Shown: positions 28,806-39,576 of the stretch, piece by piece
Layout: each line of letters begins with the position of its first letter
Numbering within the stretch: position 1 is the stretch's first letter
Origin: Parasitella parasitica NRRL 2501
Lineage: Eukaryota > Fungi > Mucoromycota
Assembly: GCA_025201805.1 (NCBI GenBank)
Contig: MU619384.1
Coordinates: 1 to 64,000, forward strand
Reading direction: 5' to 3'
Length of the DNA stretch: 64,000 bases
The notes under the pieces: generated by a model
Told to the model about the DNA's origin: nothing
Database searches by the model: none
The model's input: only the letters and a program-made list of their open reading frames with translations
Program-made: the position numbers and the translations under genes

Positions 28806-30446
28806 TACCTTTTGGCTTTGAACTCGGGAAAAATTTGCAAGTTGCAAAAAAGCGAAAGAAAGATGCACTCGTTCTCCATAATAATCCATTACCGTGGATA
28901 CTCAAATGTAGTACAGTAATCAATGTAAATGTCCAATCGTTTCAACTGACCTGGATTTCAAATATGTTTGGTTGTCGTGTATGCCTGAAAACAGATCATG
29001 AATGTTCAACTCTGATCTGCATATTGTATTGTATGCCAGAGAAAAAAAACAATATCAAGGGGTTCGTCTTAATAAGTAGCACGCTGATTTTTATTGTAAC
29101 TTGTGAGCTGCTGATATACTCTGTATCCGAGTAATTGGTAATTATCGTTCAGTATATTTTATTTTTAGCAAAGTTCATGTTAAAGTAACACACACCACAT
29201 ATATAAATATAGCATTGTATCCAAGTTCTGACTGCCGTGCACCTGGATTGTGAACATTTTTGTAATTCTGCCATACTGTTGTACCAAGACGCATTGGAAG
29301 CAAGAAAAATCCAGCACAGTATAGATACTTTAACAAAGAGAAAACAAAAACAACAAAACGGAAGCTCTCCTTTTTGTTTGTGTACATGTACGTGTAACAT
29401 TTTATAAGCATATTTCTTTTTAGGAACAAACATTTGAGTACATTTATGCACGCAATTGTTGCATGCACAATGTGTTTTATTAACTCGCAACTGTAGGGCT
29501 AAAGGCAGGGGGCTATGTATTCAGAAAACATTGGTAATTACTTTTACTGTAAGCCAGGTGATTACATATAATGCCCTATGCTAATGTATGTTATTTTTAT
29601 TTTTTCGCCCATTATCAAAGCCTTTAATCACCTCGAGCCGGTTAAAAGCTGAAACTTGGCCCCAATTTGTTAAATTTGGTCATATTAAAGGTAGTATTTG
29701 AAGAAAATTTCGCCACATGTACTAAACTCATATCGCTTTCTAGCAGGAGAGCAGTTGGAAGCAGTGCCTTGACAATATGTGCTAGATATTGAAGAGTTTG
29801 GCTTGAATATGGTTGTTGGAGCAACTCTAAAATATCTGTAGGTTGTGTTAGACTATACACCAACCTTGATGGTAAGCTATCAACTGATGCTCCGGCTGCC
29901 TTGATTGGCCAAGAATATCAGGGAGATAAAAAGAACGACGAGGATAAAAAATATCTTAAGTACGGTCAGTTGGGGTTGAGTGGTTTCCTTTGATATCAAT
30001 TTCATGAAACAATAAGAGCAGATCAACACAGACGACTGCACTCAAGAAACAATGCAAAAAATGCATTGATAAAGCGGTTGATGAGGATATCATGTCCTTA
30101 AAAATTGCTTTATACGGCTCTGATAAAGATAACGAGCTTTTATGTGCATCTTAATTCCAACCAAAGACTAACGATAAAAAACCGCCAGTTTGTTAACGTT
30201 TCGAAATCAGAACTTAACAGTAGCAACATGAAGTATTAAGCCGTATGTACATCTAGGCTAGTATATGGTATAACTCTGCAAAATTGTGCTATTTGACAGT
30301 GCAATATTTATTAGAGATACCACATCTCTGCATGTGAGCGTTATTTTTTTTTAGGACACATGTTCAACGTGAACTAACTTTCCATTGTTAGGTCTTTTTT
30401 TAGATGCAAATATGGACAAAACGCATGTATACAATGCATTGGAATA

Positions 30447-30720
30447 CACCCGTGGATTCGAATAAGTCACGGTCATTTTGAGGATTTTTTTCAAACAATT
30501 TGACATGAAAGTAGACATTTTTAAAGCTTGAATACGGGTAATACCCGATATCAATGGTTTTTTTTTTTTCTCTTTTTGTATATTATTAAAACAAATATGT
30601 TAATCTTCATAATTTCCAATTTTGAAGCAAATTCAAGAATTTTTACCCAACATGTTTACTTGATTAAAGAAATACTTTGAAATAAATATGGACGTTGAAA
30701 AAATAAAAATGACCACGGTA
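30447..30720. mobile_element. Degenerate MITE-like element
   Basis: The left end TA|CACCCGTGGATTCGAATAAGTCACGGTCATTTTGAGGATTTTTTTCAA is mirrored by the right end TTGAAAAAATAAAAATGACCACGGTA|TA, allowing an apparent 17-nt deletion at a CC microhomology. Confidence 0.35.
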
Positions 30721-31030
30721 TACCATTGTTTGTACAACATGGCAATGTTGTTATATAAAACAACAAGCTCTAGTCATTTTAGTCATTACAACTCTTTTTT
30801 CAACATTAATCGCAATGGACATGTATATGCGCAATAGCAAAAAGTCACCATGGCAAATATTGATTATATCATGAAACCTTGTACATTTGTATATATATAG
30901 GTATTACATGTAGTGCTAACATGTATTTATTTTTGTTATATAGTACTATAATGTTGGCACAATATAATATTGTAATAATAGTAAATAATGATGATGATAA
31001 TAATAAATTTTTAAGGAGTAATATGTACAT

Positions 31031-33243
31031 TCAAACAGTTTCAATAGGTCTGGATTCACGTTGGTTCAAATGTGGTGATTTGGAATCGTTTCCTGTAGGA
31101 GAGGACGATGATGATTCATGTTTAATAATCGTGTTACTTTCATATGTTTGTTGTTGCTGTGGTGGTGATGACGGCGCAGTGCTTCCTCTGTATGAATGTT
31201 GCGTAGGCCGTAAATTGGTATTGTGGATTAGTCTACTGCTGGTCAACCCATAATTTACGCCACCTAATAGCGAGCCAGGCAAGGTAGAATCTGCTCTACG
31301 TCTATTGCGTCCAGGTTTATTGAATCGTGCAGGCTCAAATGTTTGCCAAACATACTGAGAACATTTGGATGCATTAGGCAAGTCCTGTATCATTTTAGCA
31401 ATTGTGTTCTTTCTCAAGCCAAAGAAGTCAGGACCCACTGGATTATGTCCATATTCTTGATTGCGGATAGCAAATGCGCGTCTGTTGTACGTTAATAAAT
31501 ATCACTTTACACAAAGCTATACAATATTACCGAACAATGATGGTCCATACTGTTGTGGGCGTAGGTCCAGAATATGTCATTGGACAATCATCAGCTGTTA
31601 CTTCAAATTTAGGTTCTCTTCCATTCTCCAAGATGCGACATGTGTATTGTGTGTCACTCTTGGGATCAATCATACTTCTGTACCATCTTTTTGTTTATCG
31701 TTAATTATACATGTGCAAATATGAGCGATATCAGTATTCTTACTTGCGCACGGTATAGTTAGCTGGATAAATGTATCTTTGGTTATGATAGGCTGGTCTG
31801 TCGTAGATCACTGTGCCTAGATCAACAACCGTCCAAGAGTCGATTTCCACTGGCAAGATATAGGTGCCTTGATTATCTCTATCTACTTCGTAATATGTGC
31901 GAGGCACGGTATTGACCTGTTGTTGCTGTTGTTGCTGTTGCGGCTGTTGCGGCTGTTGAAGAGAATGAGAGGTTTGGTGATGATGGTGTTGCTGTGTTTG
32001 TGAATACATGCTACCGTTAGTATTTGCACCAAGTTCAGCGGGCATGATAGCAGGATTCTTGAGCATGGCAGTAGGAGCAGCCGCAGGATTCTTTTTTCTT
32101 TTCTTGTTGCTTGGTGTGTAAATCACTGGAATCATATTGTTGTTATTTCCGTTGCTAAGGTTACTGTATTTTGAATCGTCGTGAATACCATGCTGCTGCA
32201 GACGATGGCGGTGGTGGTGCTTATAATCATTATTATTACTACTAGTATTTATATTTTCATTATTTTGTGATGCGTTTACATGAGCTGAGGAGGACGTGGG
32301 AGGAGGAGATGCCGAAGACGACCTTGACGATGTAGAATTTGACGGTAGATAGCGATGCTCTTTGTCTGATATAGAAGCAATCGTAAATGCCGATCTCCTA
32401 CTGTTTGCTGAATCTGGTTTTTTACTATATGGTAACGTTGAAGACAAAATGGGCAATGTTAATTCATCCGTTTGCTTGTAATATGACCTTGCAGTGGTAT
32501 CTGGCAACGGAGATCGTTTAACCGTGGAGGTAGATGGCGGTGAAGATGAATTGTTTGCAGAAGAAGAAGAAGGAAATATTGGTTCAGGTCTAAATACAGG
32601 TACAGATGATAATGATGGTAATCGAGAGGGTAGTGGGGGACTCATATCAGATGTTTGTACTCTATGCTGCAAATACCGATCAAACTCTGTTTCATTTGCT
32701 TTGTATTGGTGGTGTTGTTGTTGGTTATGCTGCCGCTGCTGCTGCTGCTGCTGTTGAGAAGAAGGAGGTGATGCAGTGATTGTGCGTTGTGTATCATCGT
32801 TATTATTGCTATAACAGTTACAAACGGGGTGAATTGGTGTCAGCGTAGAAGATTTAAACTGCTCGAATGATTGGTTTCTAAGAGCAGAGAAGAAATCGTC
32901 CTTGACCCATTTCATCGTCTATTACTTTGTCAGTATATAAAGGCAAAAGATCAGTTTAATCATAATATTACGCACCGGTTGCAGCTCAATATAAACATCG
33001 ATGCTTAGATCAGACTCGCCTGGTTTACCCCGAATCATCAAGCCATCGTCTTTTGACTTGTCTATGATCCAAGACAGCAAGCCATGCCCCTCCCATATAA
33101 GCGAATCATGTTTTTCGCTTGGGCCATGTCCTGATTCATGGAAATTAGCAGTGTAGATAGAGAGATCGTGATCTCTGCAAATTACATCCGGACTATAACA
33201 GAAGTTTATATGAGCATCACGTGTATCAGTTGAAACTAAAAGT

Positions 33244-33275
<32 letters not shown>

Positions 33276-33510
33276 AAAGTACCTTGAAGAGCATATAGAC
33301 CATAAGCAAGTTTTCAATGGAATTGGCATTGATGCCATATCAGTTGTGTCATTCAAAGGCAGCGTAAATGTAGTTAATCGAGTTGATTTGGAACCACGTA
33401 AATTATAGAAAACTTTGACTACAGAAAAAAGTTATTGACAAGAAATGTATGGCTACTGATTTCTGCAAACCTTTGACTAATTTATTATCGTTTTTTGCAG
33501 TAGTTGACAT
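31031..33510 (-). CDS. Chromatin protein with an Ams2/Spt21-like N-terminal domain and C-terminal FYRN/FYRC domains (multi-exon)
   Basis: Spliced N-terminus MSTTAKNDNKLVK|VKVFYNL...PLKTCLWSICSS|SPDVI...WEGHGLLSWII...IRGK...IDVYIELQP. A low-complexity linker carries an NLS (KKRKK). FYRN: LPVEIDSWTVVDLGTV...HNQRYIYPANYTVRK|WYRSM..YTCRI. FYRC: GPTPTTVW...GPDFFGL...IQDLPNASKCSQY. Confidence 0.85.
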
Positions 33511-35288
33511 GATATTTATACATGTATACTTTTTGTCTTCTATAAGCTTTTTTTTTTCTCTTTATTTATTAATTAACGCTGTATGTTTATATGCTGCCAA
33601 TATATATAGATGTAGATATTAAGAGAAATAACGAGAGAAGAAAAGAAAAAGAAAGAGCAATAACTTTTAAGAAAGGTACAATGTAGATATATTTATAAAG
33701 CTGTGTGCGTGTGTGTGTGTGTTTCAATACTAAACTCCCTATTTGTTTACTGGATATAGTTACCTCTCTTTTTTTTTACATAAAAATGATTGATAACTAA
33801 CTTGAGCTGTATGAAAAAAAAAAAAAAATTCCCATCCCTTCGCCTGCCATGATGGCAATTGCATAATGGTTGACTATTCCAATGCTACCCGCTTTTTTCA
33901 TTCTTTCTTTACTTGCTGTCGTTTCAATTCAGTCAACTCACTCTATCGTATTTTATGCGTTTTGTTTCGAACAGACAAATGCTGTCAAACTATTACTGTT
34001 GTTTTTCTATATTTAATTCCAATCCTTCTTTTTCGATCTTTGCTGTTTTTGTGAAAACTGTAGCAAAAACCATCAAGCCAGGTTGCACAAGTATAATAAT
34101 AATCAAGTTGATATGTATTCTAGCTTGAATCTTCTTTTCAATTCTGACAACAGTGTTGTGTAAAAGCAAATTTTTGCAAAAAATGGATATGCAAATGGTA
34201 GTAAGATGCTCAAATAGTGAACATGATATGGTTGTACCCCCCTTCTCCTTCTCTCTCCCCCCCCCCACCTTTCATCCCAGAATGACAGGCTTTTACACTC
34301 AGAAAGAATAAACCTTATACGATAATAGATCAAGAAATATATACGGTATACATGCCCTGTAAAGAAACACTTACTGTCTTGTATTCAAGGAGTACAAAAT
34401 GCTCAGTACCCCTTCTTATACGACATATACATACAAACATGTATACATAAACTAAGCCTCATTAATGGCAAATAATACACATTAATAAAGCAACATTTAT
34501 GAGTTTTTCTCAAAAAGGAATCAAAGTATGTAATGAAAAGAAGGGGCAGTTTCCGCGCAAATTGAGCACCAAACTTATTCAATTGGTAATGACAAACTTT
34601 AATTTACATTTTCAGACGAATCGTGATTTACGGTATTATCTTGAGTTGAGATGCTTATTAGATACCGGAGGCGTGTGAAGTTTTTATTTGCGCGGAATGT
34701 CGTCTCGCCCTCCCTCTTTCTCCGTCATCCAGACACGCAAAACCATGTGCTTACTACAGGCTGTGTTTACGTGCATTGAGCTAATCGAATGTTTTACAAG
34801 AGGCCACTATATAAATTTTGAATATTCTATTACTAGTCGTTGTTGCAATGTCACCGTAGGATCTGACTGGATTTATTAAACCCCATTTTTTTTGAATTAT
34901 TATCAAAATTTATCTCCACTGTAATTCCAAAATAACAAACATTAAATCAAATTAGATTCGAGTATTTCGTATAATAATAATAATGTCGCAGCTTTATGTA
35001 ACACCAAGTTACCAATAAATAATTGACTGGACTGTAAATGCTGCATCTATTATTCGATATCATATTGATGGATTAGTCTTATTTGTCCAGTTTACTGGTT
35101 TTCAGTTACTATAAATCATTTGTGTACCCTAAAAAAATTACAAGTAATATGTATAAGAAAGAAGTACACTCAGTTAGCTGGTAAAAACAAAACGTGATGT
35201 AATTATAAGCAATTATCACAACTGCTGCCTCTCATTTACACTTGAATCTAGCCGGTCAATACAATATAACACGTTTGGGATTAAATAT

Positions 35289-35361
<73 letters not shown>

Positions 35362-36313
35362 GAACGTTGAGGTAAATCCGCCAAAGCTTTGGTTAGTATT
35401 TGTTTATCACCGATCTTGACTGTGCATGTGTATACATATACGCATGTTATGTTTATGCATGAACGCATTAAAGTTAAATCTTAATCTCTTTGAACAAATC
35501 AATAAATATATTGTTATTCTTACATTTACATACACCAAAGACATAAAAGACATAAAAACACGATGGTAAGGAGCCAGGCCAATGAAACAAAATGTATAAA
35601 CCGGAAAATAGATAGCCCTATTGCCGGATGATGTCCTGCCACCTAAATTTTACAGTGTACATTGACTTGCATTAAACGAGGGAGATTTATCTTTTCTCCT
35701 CTTCGTACATGTTGAATCACGTATATATTATATATATATAGCCAGAGCAGGTTGTTGTACATGTTTCTGTTTTTCTGAAAATAGAAAAATTGGTAACAAA
35801 GTGTATTATGCCTTTGAACCCGCAACTGTTGTCAATTAAGACTTGATGGACTTTATAACCCATTTTGTAACATTTCCATAATTATAATAGTATCGTCTTT
35901 GATGGAAATGCAAGTTAGATTATCAGATTGTGTATTCTTCTGCTTCACTCTTATATATTTACACAATATTGTCTTGATATGACCACTGTTGGTAGAGTTT
36001 TTATTGGTAATGGTTTGTTCATCCCAGGAGCATATATTATTGCTGAAAGATGGCCTAGCAATTAGCATATTGAATACTAAAGTACTACTAATAAATAAAG
36101 TATATCATGTCGTTTATCTTTTCAGGAAAATTTGGTTTGTTAATTAATAAATAAAACATTGAAGGCACACATATATGACAATAAATTGATAAAATCATAA
36201 TATTGAATGATTAGTGCATATTAAATTTAATAGTTTGTTTAAAATATATAATATATAACATGGTAAGGATTGTACGGTTTTGGATATACAGAGTTATTAA
36301 GATAATAAGTCGC

Positions 36314-37780
36314 TCACGGCTTTCGCATGGTGTAGTATATGTTGTTTGATGCGTATTCTTGATTATTTGTCATAGGAGAGTGATTGCAAGCGCTGTACAT
36401 TTGTTTATGAGTCAATACCGGTGTCTTACAAGGTTGAAGCGAGCTTGATTCTTCGTAGTCTTCTTCTACTCCACTATCTTCACTGTTATACTGGAAGGTA
36501 ATACCATTGGATGTGGAAGATTCTGATGGTTTTATCGCTAAAAGCCCATCTTCTTGATGAGAGCCTTCTTTGTTATCTTTTCCTCGGCACAATTTCAGCG
36601 ACTTGGGCAGCTCTTCTTCTGAGCAGCCAGCTGCATCATAATACATAGTAAGCATGCATTTCATTGCCTCGCACCAAGTGTATCTCTTTGCTTTTTTAAT
36701 TGCCTCAAGGCTCATACAATCAAGTAAATAACGTTGAGTGACCAAAGCCTTTAGCAATTCACGATATTTGTTTTGCTGATCTTTTACTGATAGATTCGTT
36801 GCATTCAACAATAACCCTGTGCGCTTATCATCAACCAAATCTCTGACGCCTTCTGCATCAAGTCCTACCACGGGCAAACCAGATGACATTGCTTCTAATA
36901 CAACCTGGCCAAATGTTTCTGTCACTGATGGGAAGGCGAAAATATCAGCTGATGCATATGCTTGTGATAAGTCTTGGCCTTGCAGATAACCTGTAAATGT
37001 TACGGGGATGCGTTTCGTCGAACAATATCCTTGAATCTCATGGAAAGCTGGGCCATGGCCTACTACAACTAAATGGCAGCTACTGTGATCCATATCTTTA
37101 TAGGCCTCGACGACTAAGCCGATGTTTTTTTCAAGAGACACTCGGCCAACATATATGATAACCGTCTTGTTCTGCGATTCAAGTGCTGAAATACCCATCC
37201 ATTGTGCTCGTAAATCCTCAGATCTTTGTGTAGGAGAAAAGAGAGAGGTATCCACTCCACGCGGCCACAATCTAACATTCTCAAATCCATGACTGCATAT
37301 AATGGACATTGTCGAAGGAGAAGGACAGGCAACAAATCGACTAAACGAGTGACAGTATCGGTTCCATCCCCACATGAATGATTTCAAGAATCCGTAACCA
37401 AAATGATCACAGTACACAGCAAGGTTAGTATGGTAAGAAGACACAATTGGGACATTGGGAAGATAATAGCGAACGACAGCGAGACCAAATGCTCCTAAAA
37501 ATACAGGATCAACCAGGTGAATTACATCCGGCTGAAATTCCATTAGTTTCTGCGTAAATTTTGGTCTCCAAAAGTTGAATTTAAGCTCTGGATACAGGAA
37601 AAACGGGATTCCGTATGTTCCAACTAGATCTGCACCCGCATAAGTCGCCATATTAGTTTCAGGCCCTAGCAGGATAACTTGATTGTCGGTTTTTGAGAGA
37701 TGTTCTAAAAGTCGAGCTAATGTACGTGTTACACCATCGACTTTGGGCAAGAAGTTCTCGGTGATGATTGCAATACGCAT
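36314..37780 (-). CDS. Family 4 glycosyltransferase, SqdX/SQD2/MgtA-like (intronless)
   Basis: MRIAIITENFLPKVDGV, LYPELK, PDVIHLV, SYHTNL, LWPRGVDTSLF, YVGRVSLEKNI and AYASADIFAFPSVTETFGQVVLEAMSSGLPVV (EX7E motif), all in a single 488-aa ORF. Confidence 0.92.
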   Translation of the reverse strand: MRIAIITENFLPKVDGVTRTLARLLEHLSKTDNQVILLGPETNMATYAGADLVGTYGIPFFLYPELKFNFWRPKFTQKLMEFQPDVIHLVDPVFLGAFGLAVVRYYLPNVPIVSSYHTNLAVYCDHFGYGFLKSFMWGWNRYCHSFSRFVACPSPSTMSIICSHGFENVRLWPRGVDTSLFSPTQRSEDLRAQWMGISALESQNKTVIIYVGRVSLEKNIGLVVEAYKDMDHSSCHLVVVGHGPAFHEIQGYCSTKRIPVTFTGYLQGQDLSQAYASADIFAFPSVTETFGQVVLEAMSSGLPVVGLDAEGVRDLVDDKRTGLLLNATNLSVKDQQNKYRELLKALVTQRYLLDCMSLEAIKKAKRYTWCEAMKCMLTMYYDAAGCSEEELPKSLKLCRGKDNKEGSHQEDGLLAIKPSESSTSNGITFQYNSEDSGVEEDYEESSSLQPCKTPVLTHKQMYSACNHSPMTNNQEYASNNIYYTMRKP

Positions 37781-37953
37781 AATAAAATGTCCAGGGGTTG
37801 TTTTGTGCGGATATCAAAGGTCTATTTTAAAAATAAAAAGCTATGGAAAACGAAAAATAAAAAGAAAGTCTGTTTTAAAGGAGAATATTTATCAGGATTT
37901 TCTGTCGTTGCAATTACTTCAATCTCTGTAACACTTTTTTTTTTTTTTTTTTT

Positions 37954-37963
37954 NNNNNNNNNN
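37954..37963. other. Assembly gap (10 N)
   Basis: Run of N within poly(T), upstream of the GT4 gene. Confidence 1.
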
Positions 37964-38453
37964 TTTTTTTTGAATGACTCTTTTTTTTTTATAAAATGAA
38001 ATGTAATCAATGTTGTTCACATGATTTTGTATGTAAACCAATTTTCTAGCCATCTAGCATGACGTGCGGACATTTTTCATCAATGATTTGATAAGAGCTG
38101 CTTGTCTGCATTAAGTATTCAAATTTGCATGTGCCATGTATCATTGGCTTATTTGAATCATTCAAGAACAACAAGGTCAGTGCAGTCTGCTTTGTGTTTT
38201 AGTGCTAAATCTTGTCTAAACTAAGCAACCGACTGACCAATGTTCTAGCCATACCGTTCTTTTCATTGTGAAAACTTTAATTGGTCATACTCCTTGAACA
38301 TCCACGTTTTTACAAAACTTCACAGGGCTGGCTGAAATGAATTATCAGCAGGTCCATAAATGACAAGCAGGCAAGATTACAATTATTAATTTATATAACA
38401 CCTAATACCGAAAAAAAGAAAATTATTTTTAATCTATGTTCTCAATTGATATA

Positions 38454-38909
38454 CAGTCGTTCCTAGTGTCAAAGGGCGGCTTGTTTTCTCTCAAACGACA
38501 AGTTTCTTTTCCCTAAAGTTAGACATATTTAAACAATCTTTGATCATTGAGCGTTGCTCCTCGTTTAAACACTTCTTCAGAAACGTTCACAGAATGCTGT
38601 TTAAACGCATGGAGATGATTTGGAGGGACAAATTACAAGCTTCGGTAATTCTTGTGGGCTAAGTCTTCCTTGTCCTCAAACTTACTACGCTTGAATTTGT
38701 TCTCAACTACAGTGGCTCCATTCCCAAAGTTCGCTTTCCAATAAACTACATTTGCTTTGGTTTCCGACTAGAATGCGTCTTTACAGCATTCAGTGAACGT
38801 TTCTGAGAAGTGTTCAAATGAGGAGCAATACTCAATAATCTAACTTCAGGGAAAAGAAACTTGCCCTTTGAGAGAGAGAAAAAAACCGCCCTTGACGTTG
38901 GAATGACAG
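38454..38909. mobile_element. Non-autonomous DNA transposon (MITE) with about 140-155 bp terminal inverted repeats, Tc1/mariner-like end
   Basis: The left arm (38454-38610) aligns with the reverse complement of 38773-38909, sharing blocks such as AAGGGCGG, CAAGTTTCTTTTCCCT, TTGCTCCTC, CAGAAACGTTCAC and GAATGCTGT. The left end reads TA|CAGT; the right end is degenerate. Confidence 0.75.
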
Positions 38910-39576
38910 CAGTATTAAAATAATTATCAAACATGCCGACAAAATAGCTCCTGCTTTGTCAATGTACCACAAGCTGAACAGAAAATCGAGACTCTCGAAT
39001 GCTTGAGTATAATAAAACAGCTTGTTGCTATGTGATAAATTAATTTGATTATGATTGCCACGACAACAACTTTAACTGTATGATCCTATATTAAATTTTT
39101 ATATCCTGATGCAAAGAACTAACAAACATTTATCCATTGAGCTTGTTTTTTAGACAATGATGATCCATTTGGATGGCTCATACATGACGAATCACCAATT
39201 AGGTTCTTCCTTATAGGCTAACTTTCAGACATCATGTATAGTGCCTGAATATCTTTGGCACACATTAGCTCAAAACGTACGTTGATATCACGGCCAAACT
39301 CTGAAACCTATCAAACATTCAAAGGCTCGCCTGAATCCGAGAAGTCTGAATTTAGCTCCTTGATGTACGGACTCTTAAAATAGTCGTGTTGAGGCACCAT
39401 ATAAAACGGGACAAACGCATCTGTTCTTTTTGGATAAAAAGAACCCTCCCTTGATTTACATTATATATATATATATATCTATATTCGTATCGTTCGTATA
39501 AAAGAGACCATTTTCATTATTATTTTTTACATCTTTCCTCCTTCCTCTTTATTTTTTAACGCTAAAAAATCAACAA

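Noticed and set aside
12446-35359. Long poly(A)/poly(T) runs as retroposon tails
   Set aside because: No flanking target-site duplications or shared upstream body; more likely slippage or assembly inflation.
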